From: a virus
Lineage: Duplodnaviria; Caudoviricetes
Virus record (IMG/VR): IMGVR_UViG_3300035696_002955
Location: 424 to 64,423 of that record
Reading direction: 5' to 3' (one strand)
DNA: 64,000 bases
Part shown: positions 36,301 through 44,572 of the stretch, one piece after another
Layout: each line of letters begins with the position of its first letter
How positions within the stretch are numbered: the stretch's first letter is position 1
Notes under the pieces: model-generated
What the model was told of the DNA's origin: nothing
Databases searched by the model: none
What the model saw: only the letters and a program-made list of their open reading frames with translations
Position numbers and translations under genes: made by a program

Positions 36301-39300
36301 GGACGCCCACAGGACGCTACGACGCGGTGGTGGCCAACCCACCCTTTGCCAAGCTGGCTGGCCCGGTCGAGATCGATGGCTACAAGCTCGTCAAGCTGGA
36401 CCATCTGATTGCAGCCAAGGCACTTGGAGTGATGAAGGACGCTGGAAAGGCTTGCATCATCATCGGCGCCGGTGACCGGAATGAACCGGGAAATGTGACG
36501 AATATCGCCCGGCCGTTCTTCAATTGGCTGTATTCTCACTACAACGTGGTCTCCGACTTCGAGTTGGATGGAGACCTGTACGCGCGCCAGGGGGCATCGT
36601 GGCCCGTGCGCGTGATCGCCATTGACGGCAGGGCGCGCACCGCCAAGGTGAGTCCTGTCGCTGAAGAGATTCAACGTCTGAAGACGTGGGGTGAGGTCTA
36701 TGACAAAGCAAGTGAGCATCTGGGCGCCAATCTTGAAGATCAACGACGAGCCGACGATGGAACTGGCGATCCAGTGCGGGTTTCAACCGACAGAGCAGCA
36801 GTATCGGGAACTCCTGGAGGACAGGCTGGTGTTGCTCATCAAGGAGAATCCGAAAGGGGCGCAACAGGACATGGATCAGATGGACGGGCGGGTGTGCCCC
36901 GACCTGTGCAACATACGGGCGGAGTACCAGACCCGCGAGTGGGCAGTCCAGATCTCACAGTCCGATCAGATGGGGATGTTGCTCAGTCGAATCGACTGGC
37001 AGAGGGAGAACCCGCCGCGCATCCTGTCAGACGAGAACCTGGCAAGCCTGATGGACATTCTGCAAATGCTCTAGCTGATGAAAGCAACCAGTTCCAAGGC
37101 ACGTACCATCCTGTTTCGTCGAAGCAGGACGTAAACGTAATGGCCCCCAAGGCCCTCATCGACCCGATGCGTGAGGCCATGGAGCGCATCAAGGCCGACG
37201 TTGGGGACATTGACGAGTGGGTTGCTGGCGAACTGGGATACCCCGACATTGAGACGATGCACGAGGTCTTCATGGGCCTGCAAGTGGACGCGGTGGCTGC
37301 CGCAATCCACAGCCTTCAGCAAGGGAAGGCGCTCATCGCCGCCGATCAGACCGGAGTTGGGAAAGGGCGCGTCGCCGCCGCGATTATCCGCTGGGCCGAG
37401 ATGCACGGACACCTTCCCGTCTTTGTCACCGCTGGCGATCAACTCTTCACGGATATGCACCGCGACCTGCACGACATTGGTTCTGGGGATGTGATCTGCC
37501 CGCTGATCTTCAATGCCGGCTCGACCATCACTGACGCGGTGACCGGAAAGAAAATCTTCGGGAATAATGGCGCGATGCGTCCTGTCTTCGAGCGTATCCA
37601 GGAGACGGGCGAGATTCCGGCAGGACGCAACGCCGTCTTCCTCACGTACTCGCAGATCAACACCGAGAACCGCCAGCAACTCGCCCTGCTCCGATTGGCG
37701 CCGAAAGCGGTCTTTGTCCTTGACGAAAGCCATAATGCCGGCGGCGATTCAAACACGGGCCACTTCCTTCAGGGGGTGCTCGCTGCCTCGAAGGGAGCGG
37801 TTTTCCTGTCGGCGACCTGGGCGAAGCGGCCTGACAACCTTCCGCTCTACGCCGCCAAGACGGACATCGCTATCGCCATCCCAGACAAGGACCGGATTGC
37901 AGGTGCAATCGCTGCTGGAGGCGCGCCGCTCCAGGCAGTAGTGACTCACCAACTTGCCGAGGCCGGGGAGCTTGTCCGCCGGGAGCGTTCCTTCGATGGC
38001 ATCGAGATCAGCAACTATGTGGACGAGGCTCATAAAAAGCAGCATGAGGTCATCGCCGACAAGGTGACTGAAGTCCTGCGGTCCATCGTGGCCGCCGACA
38101 GCGCCTATCACAAGCTCGACTTTGAACGCCTCCAGGCGGAGTTGAAAAAGGCCGGAAAGTCCGGGAGGAGCGATAAGGTCGTGGTCAACCACATGGAGTT
38201 CTCTTCCACCGTCCACAACCTCGTGAGGCAACTCCTGCTGGCGCTCAAGGCGGACAACGCGGCTGATCTTATCGTCAAGGCAATCGAAGACGGGAAGAAG
38301 CCCATCTTTGCCCTTGAGAACACAATGGGATCGTTCCTTGACGGTTACATCACCTCACACGGCATGAGCGAGGGAGACATTCTGGGCGACTTGACGTACT
38401 CGAAGATCGCCGACCGCGCTCTGATGCGCACGCGCTATTACAACGAGACCGACCAGATGGGCAACAAGACGCGCATCGAGGTTCCGCTGGACAAACTGAG
38501 CGCGAAGGTACGGGAAGCCTACGACGCGGCCCAGGCATTGATCGACAACCTGAATGTTGACCTTCCCGTTTCGCCCATCGACCACATCCGCAACAAGGTA
38601 GAGCAGGCCGGCTACAAGATCGCGGAGATTACCGGCAGGAAGTCGTGCATTGACTACAGCGGCAGTGTTCCGAAGCTGGCCACGGTCCCAGGCATCGAGC
38701 AGAACGACCGCGTGAACACAGCCAGCCAGTTCAACAATGGCGGGGGTGACGCGCTCATCATCAACCAGGCAGGCTCGACGGGCATCTCTCTCCACGCTTC
38801 CGAAAAGTTCCACGACCAGCGCCCGCGGCTGATGATCGTGGGCCAGCCGGCCGGCGACGTGAATATCGTCATGCAGATTCTTGGCAGGATCAACAGGACC
38901 GGCCAGGTGGCCCTCCCGAGCTACATCATGCAAGCGGTGGCGCTCCCCGCCGAGATGCGTCCGGCCATCAACCTTGCCAAGAAGATGAAGTCTTTGAACG
39001 CCAACGTGTCCAGCAACACGCGCTCGGCCACATCGGTTCATGCCGTGGACCTGATGAACAAGTACGGCGACCAGGTGATTGCCCAATATCTCGTGGACAA
39101 CCCGGAGATGATGAAACAGCTTGGCTTGGACATTCACGAGCCGGAAGCTGGCACAAAGTTTTCAGCGGACGAGATAGGGAATATCTCGATGAAGGCGACG
39201 GCGCGCTCGGCATTGCTGCCCGTGAAGCAGCAGCGCGAGTTCATGGACGCGATCAGCGAGGCGTACACCAACTACATCAACTTCCTCGACGAGACCGGGC

Positions 39301-42300
39301 AGAACGATTTGGAGCCGAAGACGTGCGATTACGACGCCCGCGAGACGCATCTTGAGCAAATTTATCAAGGCACGGACTCAACTTCTCCCTTCGGGCAGGA
39401 CGCGCATTACGGCGAGTATTCGATCAAGCGTCAAGGCAAGCCTTTCACTGCGGAAGAAGTTCAGGCGAAGATCGCCGACACGTTCGGTCCTGCGGCGATG
39501 CAGCTTTCACCGCGCGAGCGCGACACGCTGGCGGCCCGCGATCTGGCGGCGCACATGGAAGGCCTCTTCAAGCCTTACTCCGATGAGCTGAAGACGGACC
39601 ACGCGATCGAGAAGGCCGAAACGATGCGCTCGATGGGCCGCACCCTTCTGAGCGACTACCGGGTTGGGACAGGACTCCGAGTAGATTTCGACGGCAACAC
39701 GTTCAATGCCGTGGTGACCAACATCGAAAGCGCCAAGAAACCCAGCGGGAACCCCTATGCTCCCTCGACCTTGCAATTCACCCTGGCGGTCAACGGAGCC
39801 TTGCGGCAAGTGAGGGTTCCAGGTTCGCAACTCCACGTCATCTGCGTCTCGAACCTTGGACGCAACGCGGATATAAAGGAGCTTTTCAGGGACTATTCGA
39901 GCGACCGGCAGAAGGGCGTCAAGATCATCACCGGGAACCTGCTTGGGGCCTTCGGACAGTTCAACAAGGGCACCAGGGGGCGCATCATCAGCTTCACCAT
40001 GTCGGATGGCAGCACGAAGATGGGGATTCTGATGCCAAGCAAGTTCGACGTGAAGACCGACTTGACCGACACCTACGCCATGCGGTCGCCGGAAGGCGCG
40101 ATGCACTTCCTCCAGCGCGACGCAAAGCAAACCCTCATAAGCAGCAACGGGGAAGTGGGAGTCATCGGCAACGACCAGACCGGCATGGAGATCAGGACCA
40201 AGGTTTCCAAGGCCGCATCCGGCCAGTTCTTTCTCGACCCTAAGCTACTGGAGTTGGTTGTCGGTGGCGACTTCGCAAGCTCGAACGGCTTGATGAAGGC
40301 CGCAGTCAAAGAGGGACGCGAGTCGGATGTGCTGAACAACATCATGGGCAAGATCGCGCTCTACCCCACGCCCTCGATGATCGACCAGGCGCGCGAGTCG
40401 GATGTGCAGGTTGCGGCAGGACTCACAACCAAGCCAAGCGCGGCAAAGCATCTTGCCTCCAGCGGTGAGGCGTACTCCTTCCTGGGAAGCTACCAGATAG
40501 CCCAGGGGGCGCGCAGGACCATGGAGGACGTTGGGAAGCTCGGCAAGTGGTTGAAGGGAACGGCGGCGCCGGGAACCTGGGGCGAACTGACGAAGGCAGC
40601 GACGACGGCCGGGGCTACGGGAAAGCAGATGGCCTACGAGTTGGCCTCGGTCCTGTATCCGCCGATGCTGGCCGATGCCGATGCGCGCGACATCATGGGC
40701 CGGGCGCTTGGTGAGCCTGCGCTTGAACTCTTCAAGGCCGGCCAGTTCCTTGAAGGCGTGGACAAGATGTTTGAGGGAATGCCGCTCAAGGATCAGGTCG
40801 AGTTTGTGGACCGAATGCAGAACGGCAAGGAGCAGCCCACCAATGACCTGAAGCAAGCGCAGGGGATGCTTGAATCGGTCCTCGAAGCGCAACGCGCACG
40901 CGAGCAGGAAGTGGTCAACCTTGGCCGTTCCTCCAAGCAGAAGCCGATCGAACTGAAGAACCGCGCCGGCTACTTCCCGAACCGCTACTCTACCCCGCCG
41001 GGGAGCGAGAAAGCCCTGACCGAGCAGGAGCAGATGGCGCGCATCTTCCCCAAGCGTCCGTTCGAGGGTCCGAAGAACTTCACCAAACAGCAGAAATACA
41101 CGCTGAAAGAGGCTGTGGCGGCCGGCGCTGTTCCGCTCGGAAACCCCGTCAGGATGGTCCTGCGCAGGATTCAAGAGGGCGCGAAGTTTGTGGGCGCCAA
41201 TGAGGCCATGTGGAACTTTCGGCAGTCCGGCATCGCGGTCTTCAAGAGCCCGCGCGCCAAGACGCCTGATGATTACGTGAAGGTGCAGGACAAGATCGCG
41301 CAAGTTTGGCGTCCTGTCGAGACAGCGGAAGGCGGCATAGCGTTCATTCCCGGCGGCGAATGGGTGATGCAGAAGGACGCGGCCCGGCTGCTCAACAATT
41401 ACCTGAGCACAGACCACATTCGCGGCTCGGCTATCGGACGCGGATTCGTGGCGCTGAAGACCTCTTCGACGGCAATGAAGATGGGCCTGTCGCTCTTCCA
41501 CTATGGCGTTATCACCTTCTGGCAGGTAGACGGCGGGTTGCATTCCGGTCTCGATGAACTCTGGAACCAGGGCGTGCGCGACCTGAGCGGCGAGAAAGCA
41601 GTCCACGGCGTCAAGCAACTGGCCACGGCCATATTCTCTCCAGTCACATCCGTTCGCGGCGGCAGCAAGATTATGAACTATCTCAAAGACCCCGATAGCT
41701 TCCTGTCCACCAAGGCGGGTGAGAAGTTGGCGCGGGACTATCCTGACCTCCCTGAACTGCTACGGCTCGTCTTTGCCGGCGGCTTCCGGCCGGGGTTCAA
41801 TGAAGACCTGCCGGGCAAGTTCGATACCAGCATCGGTTCGGACTTGAAGGTGGGTAAACTCGTCAGCGGGACGATGAAGGCCATCCCTTGGCTGGCGCGC
41901 TCCGTGGCTATCCCCCTGTTCCAATACATCACGCCGCGGACGAAGCTCATGTTCAACGTGCAGATGCTGGCGCAGAAACTCGACCAGTACAGCGGTGCGA
42001 TCGCCGACGGGACCATCACCCCGGAGACCATCGCGCGCAACGTCGTGGCCTTGAATGACAACCGCTTTGGCGAGATCAATTACCAGAACAATTTCTGGAA
42101 CAACACCGTAAAGACGGCGATGCAACTCCTTTTCCTGGCTCCTGGCTGGAAGGAAGGCACATGGCGCGGCGCGGCCCAAGCCGTGCGCGAGACGTTCACC
42201 CAGGCGCACGACGACGGCTTCTATGACAGCCTTGAGCACGCTAGTGGAGCAGGCGCAGCAGGGAACGGGGGTGGCGGTACAGGAGGCCGGGGCACAGCAG

Positions 42301-43208
42301 GAAACAATGCGGAGCCGGGCGGCGGCCGTCGCGGTGACTGGGCGCGGCAGTACACGCACAAGCTCCCGCAACTGGGCCTGAACGCCGGCAGTCTGGTAAC
42401 CGCTGCGATCCTGGCCACGGCCATCGCTACCCTGATCGACAAGGAGCGCACGGGCAAATGGATCTGGGAACAAATTGAAGAGGACCGCAAGAAGAATGGC
42501 CTGAACTGGCTGCAAGCCGGAACGCTCGAAGCGTTGCACCCTCGCACCGGAAAGGTCAATCCGCAGACGGGCGCTCCAGTTCGCTTCAACCTACCGTCCG
42601 ATCTGCGCGATTACGAGCACGCGGTCGTGGCTCCTGCGGCCTACGTCTACAGTTCGCTGGCGCCGTGGCTCACCGGGATCATTAACACGCTGCGCAATCG
42701 GGACTCTCTCGGAAACTACGTCTACAACCCTGGTGCCTACTTGGCCACGCGCTTTAAGCAGGGCATAGCCTACAACCTGTCGCAGAGCTTCGATCCGATC
42801 ACGGCATCGAACTACACCAGCAAGTTTGGCCCACAGGACACAGAGACCAGGGTGGAGAAGACGTTTGGCGTTATCGGTGGAGCACCGCCAGAGTGGGACA
42901 TGACCCGCGCCACGGCCCGCGCTGAAGAGTTGAGGGGTCCACGTACCCCGATGACGCCGGAGCAGCAGCAAGCGGCTGCCTACGCGAAGGAAGCGCCCCC
43001 TACGCGCCACGCTGTTCTGAAAGCGATGCGCGAGAAGAACGTGACCGAACTGCAACGCATGGCGAAGATGAGTCCTGTCGTGGGGGGCTTGAGCTACCCT
43101 CAACTGAAGGACATTTACGACCATTACGCGAACCCGGACGAGCGCAAGATGCTCCAGCCGATCATGCGGCAGAAGCAGATAGCGGCAGTTATGGCGAGCA
43201 GGAGATAA
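30333..43208 (+). CDS. Giant (4291 aa) polyvalent ejection protein: ParB/Srx-like domain, N6-adenine methyltransferase, Strawberry-notch-type SF2 helicase (DarB-like)
   Basis: MTase YSTP...EPTAGNG...NPPF; helicase ADQTGVGKGR, DESH, LSAT, NQAGSTGISLH, QILGRINRTGQ; ParB-like YYIDDGNHA. Confidence 0.9.
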   Translation: MATAPVSFSSAEVDPSSAQNASQPVSFSSSEVDQHPQQQGPVNPYANKTPSAPWYERARQYVANGPVGKTLQADAPGVAQTLHLQPTPDQSPIPTNSVYQNNDVLHDPLGMKTAPPVNNHNLRPLVTAKPTIKTPNPAEEEFNSEFKGPSWEPAARPAPANAYVEMEQDAHPAPFVPVAPNPVYELAQPTPPNMDAMQQQHDSRVAAFIKANPLVVNDPSFGQLDPNQTDLPNDLKQQASLEYSALAKAGLSARDVTDYLRQNSAFNWHPIQAVKEANQGLGNIAQSLGTDEYARLQSLYPDASEKEIDELVGQERAKAGQGKVNWNQTAQGGTQVIGGAMGLSQPLMAAGVAAAPYKMIAGYVAGVTAGYGSDYMADKLKMSPEMKELAHTVAFVAPNAFADFMSLRGSVGETTARIPDPVTGEIREVPVKTAAAGGRGFGVGVGKGEDGSYYAAGRVGPFSARAKWGGAPDGAPSPAGASRELTAGAGAPGEPPAPGSEPPAAPAAPSDATTIQMQAQMQTVQETAARAAGVQKQAEQVAGMTPPPPLAPKPGEPGSGKLPSPAGMDDGHLSQDTVDKAGQAIQMLPEANRPGAIREAVGNLASWMFDKKTVVGPDNKVVNVDSQRAAQTEAVKIINAEVDRQAEKAQNAAEQQQEAIEQRQESATQAQQERDEALSPQKATKPTADAGPVEIPNTPSVQKARNVLASAPMDTPAADLDVLIRRTATVTTPVRKALVQEEVTRRANQEQDQAQVAMTGQPTPEGQSREELQRWADGVKAGEHPFVHIPQESNFKPQGVEDLTRTPVKGAGAFSGTYYHAPEVSAADIRKAARDKKDPQGALDALVAGFKGEEKPVEFAGHEVEAAPVELKPEEVSQEAPVPVIGRPERTDQIGDQHKAEGGAEAPVEAAPVGQNAVPLSTMDRFKKAQQAKADKYLDTEGRMPDGKTSTRRERIDKRLADGWRVSVEQVKDDAGIRRIEREIKELGRGHDGWGAPANENHPDRIKLNGLKAKLKEGPTIPEYVISDGNGDDRIISKTEFDYAKSIEGNSAEVEKPETELKRNISGPESPITKPAQGVSLSHPKAFEQGRSQIGKKYGEPGYMDNPYKPETESHAAFEAGKASTSTPTETKSPEVETKPAEQEPKAVEDETTESHLEKAKSSQEAIENASKVRPLKELTVRPTKAVRQGYVKSFDPDNGWITDGYIGIDTKQAVPTAKKKIEKIMPPADGPKFGSTPWGILKDTLAAATVPAEPLGWIKTSLFTDKKGQESPPADVVFFGDKDGNTYTFNAHMVKYLDQVLAPDSYRIDPNPKMIALVQIKDGKPAGFAMALRLPKPYPLDHDTARQTIGSIGTSKEPVKLPDEAVSGLSQIAEEAVSEDPRATLDDVLRDPNDGKIIAEALVNDGIITESDDNVNPATALLTTSARAKVGDALLSTVIGPELAASTPSFIKEKLLGSMGSIGSISGADDRWNLKPALIEAVSQFGQHFRGEDDVPDAGPVVDAILKKLDSPIDRVRQAFTTYAVAQTNAEPEDDPVMDFNLAFGTELTEEQFADGIKAEAKDHRAAAGATDFEIVTRPDGGFKVVSPGYATSWWTGWNREGAEKWIAEARQNNASHQSVEKVSSAKVRLNAIPDDGLKPGNLLTRNFLPVDISEGASALNAAFSDAASRDKALSKARIEDVPVSQIITPQNVVSRKTIEGYLSGRPITDSSVILVKHGENYYIDDGNHATVAQILQGAKTIRARVIDADSSPRPLQKGDKVTYRTNKGKERTGEVAWTDGKKVRVKDGKSEVSKNIEDVKPVKAASPAAVEPSAPEVAADATLVDALQLAFEHGRGPKDYNGLKKIVEEFDGKKPDQLRMKEGQEAYEAMLNRVASQLVIKEEGHSSREVYDRLTRLYEGQPNLAIRTSTSIDNQAYSTPLPLAFIADKFAGISFRDGTTVYEPTAGNGALLIGADPRKATANELNPARAAMLEAEGFSVSRNDATTWTPTGRYDAVVANPPFAKLAGPVEIDGYKLVKLDHLIAAKALGVMKDAGKACIIIGAGDRNEPGNVTNIARPFFNWLYSHYNVVSDFELDGDLYARQGASWPVRVIAIDGRARTAKVSPVAEEIQRLKTWGEVYDKASEHLGANLEDQRRADDGTGDPVRVSTDRAAVSGTPGGQAGVAHQGESERGATGHGSDGRAGVPRPVQHTGGVPDPRVGSPDLTVRSDGDVAQSNRLAEGEPAAHPVRREPGKPDGHSANALADESNQFQGTYHPVSSKQDVNVMAPKALIDPMREAMERIKADVGDIDEWVAGELGYPDIETMHEVFMGLQVDAVAAAIHSLQQGKALIAADQTGVGKGRVAAAIIRWAEMHGHLPVFVTAGDQLFTDMHRDLHDIGSGDVICPLIFNAGSTITDAVTGKKIFGNNGAMRPVFERIQETGEIPAGRNAVFLTYSQINTENRQQLALLRLAPKAVFVLDESHNAGGDSNTGHFLQGVLAASKGAVFLSATWAKRPDNLPLYAAKTDIAIAIPDKDRIAGAIAAGGAPLQAVVTHQLAEAGELVRRERSFDGIEISNYVDEAHKKQHEVIADKVTEVLRSIVAADSAYHKLDFERLQAELKKAGKSGRSDKVVVNHMEFSSTVHNLVRQLLLALKADNAADLIVKAIEDGKKPIFALENTMGSFLDGYITSHGMSEGDILGDLTYSKIADRALMRTRYYNETDQMGNKTRIEVPLDKLSAKVREAYDAAQALIDNLNVDLPVSPIDHIRNKVEQAGYKIAEITGRKSCIDYSGSVPKLATVPGIEQNDRVNTASQFNNGGGDALIINQAGSTGISLHASEKFHDQRPRLMIVGQPAGDVNIVMQILGRINRTGQVALPSYIMQAVALPAEMRPAINLAKKMKSLNANVSSNTRSATSVHAVDLMNKYGDQVIAQYLVDNPEMMKQLGLDIHEPEAGTKFSADEIGNISMKATARSALLPVKQQREFMDAISEAYTNYINFLDETGQNDLEPKTCDYDARETHLEQIYQGTDSTSPFGQDAHYGEYSIKRQGKPFTAEEVQAKIADTFGPAAMQLSPRERDTLAARDLAAHMEGLFKPYSDELKTDHAIEKAETMRSMGRTLLSDYRVGTGLRVDFDGNTFNAVVTNIESAKKPSGNPYAPSTLQFTLAVNGALRQVRVPGSQLHVICVSNLGRNADIKELFRDYSSDRQKGVKIITGNLLGAFGQFNKGTRGRIISFTMSDGSTKMGILMPSKFDVKTDLTDTYAMRSPEGAMHFLQRDAKQTLISSNGEVGVIGNDQTGMEIRTKVSKAASGQFFLDPKLLELVVGGDFASSNGLMKAAVKEGRESDVLNNIMGKIALYPTPSMIDQARESDVQVAAGLTTKPSAAKHLASSGEAYSFLGSYQIAQGARRTMEDVGKLGKWLKGTAAPGTWGELTKAATTAGATGKQMAYELASVLYPPMLADADARDIMGRALGEPALELFKAGQFLEGVDKMFEGMPLKDQVEFVDRMQNGKEQPTNDLKQAQGMLESVLEAQRAREQEVVNLGRSSKQKPIELKNRAGYFPNRYSTPPGSEKALTEQEQMARIFPKRPFEGPKNFTKQQKYTLKEAVAAGAVPLGNPVRMVLRRIQEGAKFVGANEAMWNFRQSGIAVFKSPRAKTPDDYVKVQDKIAQVWRPVETAEGGIAFIPGGEWVMQKDAARLLNNYLSTDHIRGSAIGRGFVALKTSSTAMKMGLSLFHYGVITFWQVDGGLHSGLDELWNQGVRDLSGEKAVHGVKQLATAIFSPVTSVRGGSKIMNYLKDPDSFLSTKAGEKLARDYPDLPELLRLVFAGGFRPGFNEDLPGKFDTSIGSDLKVGKLVSGTMKAIPWLARSVAIPLFQYITPRTKLMFNVQMLAQKLDQYSGAIADGTITPETIARNVVALNDNRFGEINYQNNFWNNTVKTAMQLLFLAPGWKEGTWRGAAQAVRETFTQAHDDGFYDSLEHASGAGAAGNGGGGTGGRGTAGNNAEPGGGRRGDWARQYTHKLPQLGLNAGSLVTAAILATAIATLIDKERTGKWIWEQIEEDRKKNGLNWLQAGTLEALHPRTGKVNPQTGAPVRFNLPSDLRDYEHAVVAPAAYVYSSLAPWLTGIINTLRNRDSLGNYVYNPGAYLATRFKQGIAYNLSQSFDPITASNYTSKFGPQDTETRVEKTFGVIGGAPPEWDMTRATARAEELRGPRTPMTPEQQQAAAYAKEAPPTRHAVLKAMREKNVTELQRMAKMSPVVGGLSYPQLKDIYDHYANPDERKMLQPIMRQKQIAAVMASRR
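36700..37074 (+). CDS. 124-aa nested gene in the +1 frame of the giant gene (MTKQVSIWAPILKINDEP...)
   Basis: GGGGTGAGG SD; 31 of the first 40 codons end in G/C versus 13 of 40 in the giant frame; giant frame here is a G/R/P-rich linker. Confidence 0.65.
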   Translation: MTKQVSIWAPILKINDEPTMELAIQCGFQPTEQQYRELLEDRLVLLIKENPKGAQQDMDQMDGRVCPDLCNIRAEYQTREWAVQISQSDQMGMLLSRIDWQRENPPRILSDENLASLMDILQML

Positions 43209-43215
43209 TGGAGCT

Positions 43216-43782
43216 ATGAGCGAAGAAACTCCCAACCCGATCATGCCGAAGCGCCCTGTGGGACGGCCCCCGAAGGCACGGCCTGAAGGCAAGCGCAAGC
43301 CAGCGAAGACACTCCCCTTGCGCCAGCAGGACGAAGAGAACATCGAAGAGGTCGAGCACAAAGCGGAACTGCTGACCCTTGACCAGCTCGGCTGCATCCT
43401 GATGGCAATCCAGTGGAGCCCGGAAGCGGCTGCGGAACGGCTAGGATGGACGCTTAAGAAGGTGGATGAAACCCTTCGCCTTCCCCAGTCCCGATACATC
43501 TCGAAGAAGACCACCGACAAGATCATCGACAAGATCGCCAACGCGCAGGTGAACGCCATGAAGAAGGTGGGAATCTCGCGGGGGGTTATCGAGGCCCGGC
43601 TGATGGAACTGGCGATGATGGACCCCTCCGACACCAAGGGAGACATTGCCGGCCAGGTGAAGGCGGCGACGGCTCTGGCTGAGAAGTTCGGCTACGCGAA
43701 GAAGGAAGACCCGCTGGAGGGCAAGAGCAAGGAAGAACTTGAGGGTATCGTGCGCAAGGGCGGCCTGCTACTTGTGGGCTGA
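43216..43782 (+). CDS. Terminase small subunit
   Basis: HTH (PEAAAERLGWTL), GQVKAATALAEKFG pattern, directly before TerL. Confidence 0.7.
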   Translation: MSEETPNPIMPKRPVGRPPKARPEGKRKPAKTLPLRQQDEENIEEVEHKAELLTLDQLGCILMAIQWSPEAAAERLGWTLKKVDETLRLPQSRYISKKTTDKIIDKIANAQVNAMKKVGISRGVIEARLMELAMMDPSDTKGDIAGQVKAATALAEKFGYAKKEDPLEGKSKEELEGIVRKGGLLLVG

Positions 43783-43795
43783 GTAAACTGAGGAC

Positions 43796-44572
43796 ATGAG
43801 TTCTCACGATGAACTAGCGTCACTGCGTCAGGCCGCCCTGGCCACGCTGATCCTCGAACAGCAGCAGGAAGAGATTGACCGCGCGCGCCGATCGAGCAAT
43901 ATGCTCTCGGATGGGCAGCGGAAGAAGCGGGCCGAAGAGGTCCGCGACGCCACGTCGAGCACCTACCGCTGGCTGACCAAGTTCACCAAGACTTACAATC
44001 CCCACTGGAAAGAGCAGAAGTTGGCAGGACCATACCTGCCCTTTCCCGACTGGCCATTCTTTCCGGTCCTGCTGGAGTATCTCGAAGACGACACCGAGAA
44101 CGTCAAGCTGATCGAGAAGAGCAGGACCATGATGGTGACGTGGGCCATTACCGGATATTTCACGCTCCAGGCGATGCTGGTTCCCGAGCGTGAAATCGTC
44201 ATTCAGACGATGACGGACGAAAAGGGTGAGCAGCCCATCGAGTATGCGAAGCACCTTTGGCAGAGCCAGCCTGAGTGGTTGCGCAACGAGTTCCCGCTGA
44301 AGGAAGGCAAGCCGGTAGACAAGCAGCCCAAGAACGAGTTCCGCTTCGCCAACGGCTCGGTGATCTTCGGTATCCCGGCCGGCGCCGGCAAGATTCGCTC
44401 CTACCATCCCTGGGGCTACTTCAACGACGAGACAGCCTTCCAGGCAGAAGCCGGAGTGGCCTACGATGAAGCACTGTCAGCCTGCAAGAAACTCGTGCTG
44501 AACTCAACCGCGGCGGCCGGCTGGTACTTCGACTTCACCAATGATTCCGAAATGGCGGAGGCGACGGCATGA
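43796..44572 (+). CDS. Terminase large subunit, ATPase half
   Basis: Walker A IEKSRTMMVTW, Walker B YFNDETAF, motif III NSTA. Confidence 0.85.
   Translation: MSSHDELASLRQAALATLILEQQQEEIDRARRSSNMLSDGQRKKRAEEVRDATSSTYRWLTKFTKTYNPHWKEQKLAGPYLPFPDWPFFPVLLEYLEDDTENVKLIEKSRTMMVTWAITGYFTLQAMLVPEREIVIQTMTDEKGEQPIEYAKHLWQSQPEWLRNEFPLKEGKPVDKQPKNEFRFANGSVIFGIPAGAGKIRSYHPWGYFNDETAFQAEAGVAYDEALSACKKLVLNSTAAAGWYFDFTNDSEMAEATA

Noticed and set aside
30333-43208. Giant ORF as a tape measure protein
   Set aside because: Contains enzyme domains; no tail tube or tail assembly chaperone genes; context is a podovirus ejection module
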